The notes: generated from the sequence alone by a model not told the origin. DNA of 62,013 nt, filler included, from Hausera hauseri (GCA_046269625.1; 12 parts of 12 records of this genome joined end to end with filler, not necessarily neighbours in it); one strand, 5' to 3'; counted from the first letter of the whole stretch, positions 24,826 to 36,821 are shown. Made by a program: numbers and translations.

Positions 24826-26766
24826 TGGCCAACATAGCAAGGTTGGGGAAGCGCGAAAGGTTAACAGATACGCCGATTCCGATTCAGCCGAACATCCCTA
24901 GATCAGGCATAACCGGTATGTCAATAATGGAAATCCTCCAGGTCCTCTTAATAACATCATTTTTAATGCCGAAAGCCGTAGGTATAGTGGCCTACGACTG
25001 CTCCAAGCCTAGTAAAGGACAGAAGTATTCTTTATTGGATTTAGAGAAATGTCCAGAAGCCGATCCGGAACAATTAACTACGACAAGTGGCCTTACATAT
25101 TGGGTATATCAAGAATCAGAATTTATAAAAGCAAAAATTAGGGAATGTTACGTAAAAAGATCATTTTTCCTTTTTAATTGTGACTATTATTCTGGAAATT
25201 CGGCCATAATCGAGCCCACAACACCTTTCTAACCGATAATCATATCACGAGCAGAATGTCAGGATGCTTTCAAGATTGGCATAACTATTCAAAACGTACA
25301 TATACCCGCAGTTTGAAACAGAATAAAATATAACAGAATCTTTCGAGCAGGGCGAATAGATAAAACAAAGGAAAGTACATGTAAAGGAGTGGATTACGAT
25401 GTGGGAGGCGCCATTGCACCTAGAACGGTGGCTATAGAGGATTATCAAGTCCAATTGAATGAATATGAAGGATTGTTCGACTCACAAACGAAATTAATGA
25501 TAACTATGAGTGAATGTGAATATGATGATGGCGAATGTGATTCTGGAGAGTCGAAAATGACATGGGAAATATCGGCAAGTAAGTGCCAGTTTACGCTATT
25601 AAAAGAAGGAAGATTTAACAAGGCAGTAGGAAAAACAGCGACATATAAAGAAGGAACAAAGGAAGTTAAGATGACGGAAGTAGCTACAATTGTATATTCA
25701 GAAAATCCAGAAGAGATGATGCGATTCAAAGTTACGGGAGTAGTACATATGTGTGGTGAAGAAATATCGAGAACAAATTATAAGGGCATTTTCCTATCAT
25801 TAAAAGAAATGTCCGCAGCAAAAACGAAAATAGATAAGAAAGACATAAAATTAACACAATAATTTGATAATAAGATTGATTTTTTAATCAAAGATGTACG
25901 GAAAGAGATTAGAGGTTTATACCGTGAAATAATAATGCACTAATGTAAACTAAATTATAAAATAATACGGAATAAAATGGCCCTGGTAATAACAAATCCC
26001 GACATGGTAGCGCCAGTCATGCCCTTTGGCGACGAAATTATTGGAAGGGTGATGGGCGAAGTACTGATAACCATAGAATGCAAAAGGGTGAAAGTATCAA
26101 TCAGGCCAACAGAGGAATGTACAACAGAATTACCCGTAGTTTGTAATACAGAACCAAGGAATGTGATGCCAGATAATGAAAAATGTATTAGAATGCTAAA
26201 AAGAGAACCAGTGTCTAAAGCAGAAACGTTAAGCTTAATTAATTTACAGAGGAACCAGAGATTCGAACCGTTAACAGGGATATCGCAAGAGGAATCTATA
26301 TTCAACAAAATTTAGAAAATTACCGAGAAATGCTGTTATTCCCACAACAAAGGCAGCGGGTTATAACAGAGCTAACCAGGAGAATAATGTGGGACGGTGA
26401 AGGATCACCACAATGGGAAAATTTAATGGGTAAGGATTACCTAAAGAATGTAAGAAAAAACGTTATGGAAAAGATGTGGGGAAAATTCTTATATTTCGAC
26501 CAAGCGGCTTCAGGTTTCCTAGCGACATATTTTATTATTAGTGCTGTAGAACAGTATTTACGGTGCTAGGTAAGGCGTACGGAATACATACAGCAGTAGG
26601 ATGCTCATGGAAAATCTTAATAGCAGTAATACCGGGAGTCGCAAGCTGCTTTCTAGCAAATCATGACGCCAAATGGAAAAAAAGATATTACAGAAGAAAG
26701 ACGGAAGAGATTCTCCACACAGTATGCCTGATGATAACAATAGCAAATATGATCAGGTCAAAGTAA
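24813..26766 (+). pseudogene. chuvirus-like envelope glycoprotein (env-like)
   Basis: Signal-like ILQVLLITSFLMPKAVG then IVAYDC...YSLLDLEKC, ECYVKR...C, ISRAEC, TCKG, HMCGEEISRTN, GEVLITIEC, ECTTELPV, a TM segment and AYGIHTAVGCSWKILIAV; stops and frameshifts. Confidence 0.8.
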
Positions 26767-27006
26767 AATCAAAGAATAATCGAATAACTAGTATTAAGCA
26801 ACTAGCACTGAAGTACGGAAACAGAAGTACAAACAAAGGTTGGTGATAGACTTACCTCATCCAGATCCCGTGTGTGAATATCATGGACAATTATATAGCG
26901 NNNNNNNNNNNNNNNNNNNNNNNNNNNNNNNNNNNNNNNNNNNNTTAATTAATTAANNNNNNNNNNNNNNNNNNNNNNNNNNNNNNNNNNNNNNNNNNNN
27001 TTAGTT

Positions 27007-27520
27007 ATATAGAATTTTTCAATTTAGACCTTATTTCAAAGGTGTTTTGTGACTTATCCGTGCAACTTTTGAACCCATTTTTTTATGGAATAGAGAGGAA
27101 AACCTGGGCTTTCAGAGAGCTATGTTCCCACCAAATCATCATGTTCAGAAATATGAAAAAAATTGCTTTTGAAAAGTGGACAAATATAGAATTTTTCAAT
27201 TTTCACCTTATTTCAAAAGTGTTTTGTGACGTAACCGTGTAACTTTCAGACCACAATTTTTTTATGTGTGATAGAGGAAGATTTGTGCTACAAGTGTCCA
27301 TTGTCTCCCCCAAATTATCATGTTCAGAAATATGAAAAATCCCTTTGGAAAAATGGTCAAATTTCACAGTAGTACATTTCTAATGAAATATATATATATA
27401 TTTGAACCTTAATTAAAAAGTGATTTAACCATACAAACTTTCGACCTAAAATTTTTTATAGAGGAAGATCTGCGCTATTAATGTTTCCCCAAGTTGGCAT
27501 ATGTTAAAATTGCTTTCAAA
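27007..27520. repeat. tandem satellite, ~177-bp unit, about 2.5-3 copies
   Basis: ATATAGAATTTTTCAATTT..ACCTTATTTCAAA.GTGTTTTGTGAC at 27007 and 27184; ATCATGTTCAGAAATATGAAAAA repeated; degenerate third copy. Confidence 0.8.
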
Positions 27521-28121
27521 AATGACATGAGTAAAATGGGTAAATATTTCGATACAACAGCTTTTAATGTAATTATTTTTCTGAAATTCTTGATTGAATA
27601 AACTTTTCTATCATGTGGTTAACTTTGGTCCATTTTAATTACACTTTTTGAAAAATTTAGGTATGTTATTAATTTGAGAGGTATGTTAATTATTTTACAA
27701 AAATCATGTATGTTTGCTGTACTTGTATGTGTGTGTGTCTGCATGCAAATGAGTTAGTTTTGTCATGAGTATGTGTGTTTCTACAATATAGGTATGTTAT
27801 TCATTTGAGTTTTGGTAATTTTTTGTTAGATATTTTCGTTTTCTTTACAATTTTTTCATAAAAACATTTATTTAGCTTTTATCTTATATTTTTAACATTT
27901 ATTTACTTAAATTTGTTTTTAGATTGAGAATGCCAGCATCAATGTATGCTATTTATTTAGAACGGGCATATTCAGCATGAAAATTTGCAATTTGCCATAG
28001 TAAGGAATGGCATTTCATTTATCACCCAAATTTACTCAAAATGATAAACAAATCAATACTGATGAAAATTATCTGCAGTTCATGTGTGGATTCATTTGAA
28101 ATTATTATGAAAATGGAATCA

Positions 28122-28995
28122 TCAATTTCTTATTTTGTATGTCACAGCACATTCCTGTCGTCCATAATCAGTGACGGTACACAAATATTCATTGTCATCG
28201 TCATACAATAATTTGTCTTTGTGCCAAATTTCCACATTTGCAATATCAACATTCAATTTGTTACTGATTCGATTGCGTAATTGTGACAAAGTTGAGTCAG
28301 CCATTTTGATTATTGGATGGACTGGATTTGCTGGTTTGGCATCAAATGTAAATAAATAACATCCACCACCTCTTACACTGCACAATAAATGAAATGAATA
28401 CATAAAAAGAACATCAACAATTACAGCCGCGTGGCAACAATAGTATCACCGTCAGAAATGTCGTAATCAATCATTAATCTTCCTTTTTTTAACAACACGT
28501 AAGAAAGTACTAAATCATAATTATCATGTCTGCTCCATGGATCAACTTTTCCAAATAATTTGCATTCAAATTCCTTCATCAAATCACCCACAGTCATTTC
28601 ATTTCTACATAAAATTCTGTAATTGTTGTCATGGCCCATTTCACGCACAATGACCCTATCAACAAATAATCATCAATAAAAATCAAAACAAACAAACGTA
28701 AATTCCCGAAGGCAAATATCCAACACATCACCATCACAAATACCGCATTTCTCCACAGAATCACCAAGCAATAAATCTCCTTTACGTTTCACATCAAATT
28801 TACAATCATTTGAATACCCAAATTTCTCCTTAACAATTCTGTACAACTCATCCATTGACATATTTAACCAAATTGGTATTTTTTCAATACGACCAAATTT
28901 GCCACGCACCAAAATCGTCAATCTGAATGGCAGTAAAAACAAAAAATGCAGTGAAAGAAAACAACAACAAGAACAGAATACTTTTTCTCGTCCAT
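28122..28995 (-). CDS. tandem ubiquitin-like protein (three UBL domains, internal diglycine), 4 exons
   Basis: Spliced reading MDEKK|LTILVRGKFG...CGICDGDVLDICLREFT|VIVRE...DYDISDGDTIVATRL|VRGGGCYLF...STLSQLRNRISNKLNV...; the GT-AG introns restore the frame. Confidence 0.75.
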
Positions 28996-29617
28996 AAGTG
29001 TCGTTAAATCCCCGAAACAAACAAGAATAAAACATAAATGTCAATAAAATTATGATTAGAAAATATACTTTATGTTTGTGTGTAGTTTCAATACATATAT
29101 ATAAATGTATATAGTAATATTTATTTTATTTGATGATTGTAAGTCAAAATGATGAATATTTAAAAATTATATAATAATGAATTAATAATTTTGTACATTT
29201 TGTATTGTGAATATTTCATTCCAACTAAAATTTAAATTCAGTCATGAAATTATTCAGCAATCGAATTACTGAATTAATAACTGCTTTTTGCAATTAATTG
29301 CGGTAACTTCTTAATTGAAATCGTGATTTTTTGTCTACGCACGGTTAATTTTATTCCCGACAAAAATTTTTCGACAAAAAAGAAAAATAAAATCGATCCG
29401 GTATACAGGCTCCGACGAACATTGTTGGAGGGAAAATTTTCTGTCTTTTCTCATTATGCCATTGTCATATATTTCTGCTTAATTACAATTTGAAACTGAC
29501 AATAAATGAATTATTGATATAAAATAGGAAATAATCAATAATCAATAATGGATAATTACAACCAACTAACATTTATTCAGAACGATTATGGATGAACGAA
29601 TGACACAGAAAATTGCG

Positions 29618-30583
29618 TTACTCACCGAGTTTCCTCCATTCATTTGAATATTTATCTAACATAGGAGGATGATCTACTTGATGGGTTGGTTCATTTCTAC
29701 ACATGATCGAGATTCGTCTAGTTTTCTTCACAGGTATCCCATTGATGAAACTTTGATCATTGGCGAGAACTTCGTGTGTAAATCTGTATCGAATATCTCC
29801 GCTGAATATTTGTATGAATTATGATTTGTTGAATTTACCAGCAATATTATGAACGTTGAGTAAATTTCATAATTGGTGTGTGTAAGTGTGCGTGTCATCG
29901 TAATGGTATTTTAACAACTGACCTCATTACATACATCGACCGACGCGGCAACCGCACCGCAGCCCATTCCGACGTGTCCTTATCCCTAACGAACTTCATC
30001 ACGCAATCCGACAGAAGACTAACACCGCCGATAATCTCACCACAGAACTGCGTACCGCAATAAAGAAAATAAAATCAATACATTTACCCTGATACTGTCA
30101 ATGTGTGGTTTAATATGTCCGCTGTCTGCCAGATCGAGTACGTGCGTATATTTGATGACGTTTGTTCCATCATTGACTGTCGTGAATGCGAATTTGTGCA
30201 TCCGTTGGATGACAGCGGCATTCATCTGCTGCCAATTTGACTTTTCCGTTTCTCGGAAGTTGTGAATTGCCTGTATTATTCAATAATAACAACTATTATT
30301 CATTGTACACAATAAATACATCATCCCAATGACTCGTCTCGTATCTTAATCTTTTTAAATACGGTTCTAATTCTGCACATAAGGAATTCTCCTCATCCGG
30401 ACTGATGAAATCACAATAAAGACTGAAATTGTTAAATAAAATGTTTTCATCGAAATTCTTGCTAAATTCACATTGAAAATGGTTTTTTTCTGTTTTGCAT
30501 AACGAATTTGACACGAAATATCTGATTGATTTTGGAATAATTCCGTTCCATTGGAAAATAATACGACTAACACTTTTGAACAT
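29618..30583 (-). CDS. ALKBH7: AlkB homolog 7 (2OG-Fe(II) dioxygenase), spliced
   Basis: DFISPDEE...LEPYLKRLRYETSHWDD|AIHNFRETE, HVLDLADSGHIKPHIDS.R|FCG..IGGVSLLSDCVM, LPRRSMYVM|..IRYRFTHEVL and RRISIMCRNEP. Confidence 0.92.
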
Positions 30584-31437
30584 TACATCGAATTTGAAAA
30601 TATACCGTAAGAAATTTCAATTAGAAAATTTCAACACTATTTAAAACTAATTTAACCATATAGATATTAATTACATATGGTTAGCTTTATTTCAAGTGGA
30701 CGTACTTGTATGACATATCCACACAAGACATTCATGTAAAACGTTGTATTATGACTTACAATTCAATTACTTTTGAGCATAATTGATGTAATGAAAGACT
30801 ATAATATTTAAACTTATATTGAATGTTTAATTTATAAAGAATGTGGACACATTATTCATGACCAATTAAGAATATTAGCTGGATAAATATTCTGTCAGGT
30901 GTAAAAAAAGCATTGAGGACATGCAGATGGAAATCCTTTGCTGTACAAAAGATATGTTAGTAGGTAGATGTGAGTGCATAGTGTTAAGACCCCCTCCGAC
31001 GGAGAAAAATCGATGTGGTTTGGGATGAGTCATGGGGTAGAAAAAAGGGTCGCAAATACATAGTGTACTGGATGAAACATATTATCCACGGCCATTATAC
31101 ATAGCTCCTTTATGACGTATCCGCTATTATTATCCACAAATCCCTCCAAGTCAATAAAGAAGACAGACATTATTTCAACAATAACATTTATTANNNNNNN
31201 NNNNNNNNNNNNNNNNNNNNNNNNNNNNNNNNNNNNNTTAATTAATTAANNNNNNNNNNNNNNNNNNNNNNNNNNNNNNNNNNNNNNNNNNNNTTTTGGC
31301 CTGATTTTATTTTCTATTTTTATTTTAATTTAAACTACTGACAATTATCAGTAGTATTTGTCATTATTATTCCTATACATAATTTCATTCGCTGTTGCAC
31401 ACAATATTTTCTGCCCCATGAATTATATTTTAATATT

Positions 31438-31480
31438 TGAGTAGCCAATTATATCGCTCCTCTATTCTATTGGTTACTCA
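31438..31480. promoter_or_regulatory. inverted repeat carrying CCAAT boxes upstream of the Rep unit
   Basis: TGAGTAGCCAAT-19 nt-ATTGGTTACTCA (12-bp stem, one G-T pair). A second hairpin ACTACTGA/TCAGTAGT lies at 31334-31355. Confidence 0.45.
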
Positions 31481-31616
31481 TTTTATTTCTTACAAGTTTT
31501 AGGGTAAGGAAATATTAATAAAGGTCATTTCATTAATTCATTTAAACAAATTGTCGTATTTAAAGTTTAATTAATGAAATTCAATCATTATTTTCTGGTG
31601 AATTTTATCAAATTTC

Positions 31617-31919
31617 ATGGCTAATAATTGTGTTAATGTTGATGTTGACCTAGATAGTTTATGGAGTAATATTTCGCAGGATTATTCACATGAGGAAATT
31701 GTTCCTCATAATGTAAATTAATTTTTTTTAATTATTTATTTAATTTTTATTAGAAAATTGATAATGTTTTTTTTAAATGAAGAAGTTGTGGAAGTTATAG
31801 ATGTTGATGGCTTAGATGAAGAGCCAAATTTATTCGATAAAATTATTCATAATGTATTATATTTTTTATTTAAATTATTTTTAATTATTTATTAGGATGC
31901 TGAACGGGATATTAATTAA
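31617..31919 (+). CDS. small acidic spliced ORF upstream of Rep (needs a one-base homopolymer correction)
   Basis: ATG at 31617; GT..TTAG introns at 31713-31753 and 31854-31895, both preceded by CATAAT; exons encode D/E-rich sequence. Confidence 0.45.
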
Positions 31920-31936
31920 TATAAAAAAATTTTCTG

Positions 31937-33109
31937 ATGTTGGGCGAAAATGACATGCCCCTGCTTCCTCGCTCTTTGGGTGAAGAGGTCTTTAATGCGT
32001 TACAGAGTAAGTTTAAAGATGATGTGCGCACACTTGCTTACCCCCCTCCCAGTGCTACTTTCCGGCACTGGATGTTGGTGCACGAACTTAGGAACAGTGA
32101 CGATGTTTTTGTCTATTTCCGTTTTTATTTTGAGTTGTATAAGGTTCGTCACTGGTACATTCGTATGCAGGAGGAAAAATCACCTTCCGGGTTCCATCAT
32201 CTTCACGTTCTTATTCATACCCCTTTTGCATATCGTCTGTCTTTTATGCATAAGCATCTGCAAGCTTTTGTTGTCCCCTTTAGGGCTGATGTGTATGCTG
32301 TTTACTCGTATCATTTTAAGCCCACTTTCGAAAATGCAATTATTTTATCTTGTGGAAACCCCCCTATAAATGTATATAAGGAGAATAACTCCCGTAAGGC
32401 GCTTTATCGATTATTCGATGAGGCGCCGACGGTTGAGGATGCTCTCGCCATCATGAAGGATGGCGATCGAGCTGAGTACGTTACCCGTCACGGTATGTTA
32501 CATAAATATATAAGGAATAAATTCCGTCCTCGTTTTACCCCTAATCGTGATCTTGTGTTCTTAATTCCTCCGATACCTTTTTCGGTGCGTGATGGACGAA
32601 ATAGTGCTGTTTTATTTGGGTCGAGTAATATCGGGAAAACGTCGTATGCTCTTAGTCACGGTCGTAACCCGTTACTTCTCCACTCGTTGCATGATACTCC
32701 TTCTGATTGGACAGGGGAGTATGATGTCATCATATTTGATGATGTGGGGTTTCATGACTTGGCCCCTGATTTGTTTTTGGCTATTTTACAGTGTAATCAC
32801 GAATTGGACAATAGGTCCATTCGTGGTTTGTATAAGTCGGTGGTTGTTCCCTCTACAGTTCCCGTCATCTTCACTTACAATTGTGCTCTTTCGTTTTGGC
32901 CTGCTCGTATGGATGGCTTCCAGAAGGAAGCTTGCATTAAGCGTCTTTTTGTGTATGACTGCGGTAATAATTTGTTGTATAAGTCTTCGGGTTCTCGAGA
33001 TGTATTTCTTTCAAATAATGTAATTGATGTACGTCGTTTAATTGATGCCAATAATGGACCCTGGAATGCAGCTGGTATGCAACCTGGATGCAGCTCAAGT
33101 GCAAGGTGA
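31937..33109 (+). CDS. rep: CRESS-DNA virus (geminivirus-like) Rep: HUH endonuclease + SF3 helicase
   Basis: QEEKSPSGFHHLHVLI (motif II), YSYHFK (motif III YxxK), oligomerisation-like helix EDALAIMK, Walker A GSSNIGKT, Walker B IIFDD, motif C IFTYN and arginine finger ACIKRL; uninterrupted 390 aa. Confidence 0.9.
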   Translation: MLGENDMPLLPRSLGEEVFNALQSKFKDDVRTLAYPPPSATFRHWMLVHELRNSDDVFVYFRFYFELYKVRHWYIRMQEEKSPSGFHHLHVLIHTPFAYRLSFMHKHLQAFVVPFRADVYAVYSYHFKPTFENAIILSCGNPPINVYKENNSRKALYRLFDEAPTVEDALAIMKDGDRAEYVTRHGMLHKYIRNKFRPRFTPNRDLVFLIPPIPFSVRDGRNSAVLFGSSNIGKTSYALSHGRNPLLLHSLHDTPSDWTGEYDVIIFDDVGFHDLAPDLFLAILQCNHELDNRSIRGLYKSVVVPSTVPVIFTYNCALSFWPARMDGFQKEACIKRLFVYDCGNNLLYKSSGSRDVFLSNNVIDVRRLIDANNGPWNAAGMQPGCSSSAR

Positions 33110-33519
33110 AGAATGACTTTGATTTTGTTTTGTGATTGGCTGGTTAAATATATATAATCTTGTGTCTAGTATTTTGTATTTTGTTTTTAAATATGTGGCA
33201 TAATGTTTTCTTACGTAATCCTGATCCTAAAGCTCAGGAATATCAAATGTGTAAATTGTTACTGCAGGGATATGAACGTCTTTATGCTGTTGGACGTTTT
33301 TTGAAGAATATTGATGCTGATCGTTTATGTGATAGTCCAGATCAGATTTCCAATTATCAACATGCTTGTTCCTATGTTCAAGATATTCAATGTGATCTTT
33401 GGAATTTAATGCGCGGTTATATATATCTGACAGCAACTCCTCTTCGACCGAAATTGACCACATGCTCCATACCAATCCTAATCAAGACAAGTGTAGCATT
33501 ATACACCAGGCAAACGAGA

Positions 33520-33835
33520 TACGCCTTATATATTCCTGACATTCCCAATATATTGTCTATATTACTTATATATATTTCCATATTGCCTGTATATTTTTTA
33601 CATATTCCCCATGCATTCCCCATATATTTTCCTATACTCCTATATATTCTCTATATATTCTCTATATTCCTATACGCCCCATATTCTCCATATATTCCTC
33701 ACATTCTCAATATATTGCCCATATATTTCCTATATGTTCCTCATATGTGCCTCATATTTGACCCATATTACTTATTATTCACCATATCCTTAATATATTC
33801 CCTATAATCCTCATATATTCCTTCCTTATTCCATC
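33520..33835. repeat. low-complexity CATATATTCC-type minisatellite
   Basis: Repeated (C)ATATATT(T)CC/CT units. Confidence 0.8.
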
Positions 33836-34119
33836 CTCATGGGATCAAAAGTTAACAATGATATTTTCAAATATCTAATGAAAGTTCTGATGTATTAAAA
33901 TGATTCAACACCAGTCAGTCGTGACATTGAGAAAAATGCTAAGAATTTCTCTGCCCAAATAACGTGGTAGGTAATACTGAGTATGTGTGAATAACACATT
34001 ATATTTGGACGCAGTTCTTATGTTAATTGTGCCATACATTTAATATTAATTCTTTCATGTTGTACATGCTGTATATTACATAAACTTCTACACAGTCAGT
34101 TTATTTTTATCCACTTTAA

Positions 34120-35115
34120 TTCAATACACTTATAATTTTATTGATTTCTCCAAGGCCAAATATATAAAATGTGAATAGGCAAAGATCTATCAAGAGATTT
34201 GAAGATGGAAATAATTATTTGCAACTTGCTGATCGACCTGGAATTATATGGAAAGAAGAGTGTAGTATCGCCGGAACATTTGTCAAGACCAACGGCATTA
34301 ACAGATGTGAAAAAGATGGAAGAATGAACGTCAAAGTAGATGTAGAGATGAAAAATGCATTGATATATATGATAAAGAATAATGCCCTATTAATTTTTTC
34401 TGATATGAACAAACAGTTACAATTAAAGTTTCCAGAAAAACCTCAAATTGCAGTTCAAACTATTTCCAATATTTTGGATGGATGTTTTATTTCTGTGAAA
34501 ACTTTGTATGATGTACTTGCAGAACATAATCGTGAAGATGTCATCAACGACAGATACGAATATTCAAATTGGTTTATTAATACTGGAATTCAAAAAGATT
34601 TAATCTCTTCACAAGACGAATGTGCAAAAGGGCTGCTTTTGATCAAAAGGCAACACGGATTGTGAAATGCTGCAAAGGGAAAAATATTAATAATATATTG
34701 GCCAATTCTTCAGTATGATTACATCATGTTCAATTTTTTCACAGCACTGTTACTTCCTTCAAAAAGTATTAAGACCTATTTCTAAAGAAACTAGTACGAC
34801 ATTAATATTCCATAATGCATCTGTTCATAGACATGAGGGAGAAGTTGTCAAAGGTAATGTATATGTTAACGTACGGCATTTTTCAAAAATAGTGTTGAGA
34901 AGCATTTTCTTGCCTGAAATAATCTATCATACAAAGTTGATGCTTTAACAATCAGTTGCCAATTCAATATGAAATATCTATGGTAAAGCACGGTTCAAAT
35001 ACTCTTTTGGAGGTCTAAAATGATAGCATAACTATGCTTAAATGTCACGTGTGGTTTACTCATACTTAGTATTACTTTCTGCGTTGCTTCGCTCGAGAAA
35101 CAATACAATGTTAGT
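34120..35115 (+). mobile_element. Tc1/IS630-like transposase remnant
   Basis: HTH region (QLKFPEKPQIAVQTISNILDG..ISVK..YDV.AEHNREDVI..RYEY) and degenerate second catalytic motif LIFHNASVHR. Confidence 0.65.
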
Positions 35116-36232
35116 ATACTTCCTTTTCGTGAGTTACTTCATGTTATAACAACAATAAAGTTTCTAAAAATTTGATTGTATTCATTATCTTTAAAACTGT
35201 GCGCCCTTTTATGTGATTCAGTGATGCTTTACCTTCATTCATATATGTAAACTTCTTTGTTATGTATTTAAATTTAACTCCTCAATTAGTACTCATTTCT
35301 TGATTTACTGGTATAAATCATGTTGATGTAATTAAAATATTTTCAGATTTTATTTATTTCAGTAATTTGCTGTAATTTTTACTATTTCTCATTTTGAAAT
35401 TGAAAAGCTGTAGTTGCTTTTAATTTTCATTTTATTTCTTCAATTTACTTAGGTCACCATCGGATAAAGTTTTGAGAATTTTAATTACAGTTGATGTGCA
35501 TAAGTTCAACAGTAATCCATTTTGGATCCCAATATTGGTACCTGTAATTGATTGGCCCAAAATTTTATCAAATTTTATACGAAAACGTATATGCATGCTT
35601 GCCCGTAACTGTCTGAACCGAAAGGAGCTTTGATAAAAATACATCAGATTGATAAGTGTATATTTTGATAGTTCGGTCATCTCAATACGATCTTAAGAAA
35701 TAATTTTGATAATTTAAACAATTATTTTAAATATTTTTGAATAAAATTTTCTTGGGTAAAAATGATTTAACACACCTAAAATTTTGGTAAAAATCGTAAT
35801 TCTTATATTATTGATACATAAAAATTTTATTGAAAAAGTATAAAATAATAGAGTACTAATTAATATAGGACCTAATTACAACTCCATATGTTACTAATTG
35901 TTGAATAAATATGCTCTACAAATAAGGAATGCAAATTATTACAATGGTTTCCTCATTTATTTCTGGATACTGCAGTTTTGGTTACTTTGTTACAAAATTA
36001 TACCAGTCATATAAAAATATCATGTACTTTTTAGAACATCATAAGTTATTGTTCTAATTTTACCATCATTGAAAGCAAAGACTATAAATCGTTAAAAATT
36101 GTAATGACATTCAGCACATGAGAGGAGAGTCCATGTATTCTAATAAGAAAGAAAAATGAAATAATAATAATAATAACTTTCACATCTATACAACATATGT
36201 ACAAGATATATATATACAAACATATGTACAGC

Positions 36233-36821
36233 CTATCTACAGAAATACACTGTACAATTATTGAAAATATTTGATGCAGCAGGACTTGCGTAAATGTCGG
36301 TTTCTGTTATTTCATCTCTCATATCAATTGTGTCGGTTTGTATTACTCCATCTGCAGTCTTCCTTCTTTCAGCTGATTTTCGTAAATTGAATATAATTGC
36401 TGATTGTTCCTCTACTTTCTTCTTCCAGTAAGAGATACGTTCCTCTTGCTGCATTATTTGTTGTTCCATTACCTTCATTTTCTCTAGTAAGTGCTCTTGT
36501 GTTTCTTCCGTCTGTTGTGATTGGTCTGCTTGTTCCGACTTATCTGTTTGTTGTTCAACTGTCTGTTTTTCTCTTTGTTGTTCACTTGCCTGCTGGACTG
36601 CATATTGTTCTAACTGTCGTTGTTCGTCTGGCTGCTGTACTGTATGCTGCTCGTCTGCCTGCTGGAGTGAATGTTCCTCTGCCTGCTGTTGTTCGTGCGC
36701 CTGTGGCTGATGTGATGTTTCTGGTTGTTGGACTGCTGCTGGCTGTTTCCTTTTCTTCGGCACAATCTCAAATCTCTTGTCGAGATTTTTGTGCCACTTT
36801 TCTTCAGCCACATTATCCAGC
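36233..36821 (-). CDS. Gln/Glu-rich repetitive coiled-coil hypothetical protein (5' truncated)
   Basis: 192-aa ORF with imperfect QQxxEQ repeats; no family recognised. Confidence 0.45.

Noticed and set aside
31950-33023. Overprinted ORFs (139 and 144 aa) inside Rep, like geminivirus C4
   Set aside because: T-rich third codon positions of Rep deplete stops in this frame; no independent support.
33425-33807. Hydrophobic C-terminal part of the 215-aa ORF as a membrane protein
   Set aside because: It reads through a junction into the low-complexity ATATTCC repeat.
35432-35680. LRASMHIR resembling the phosphagen kinase motif
   Set aside because: The flanking CPxNLGT and other kinase motifs are absent; the match is too short.
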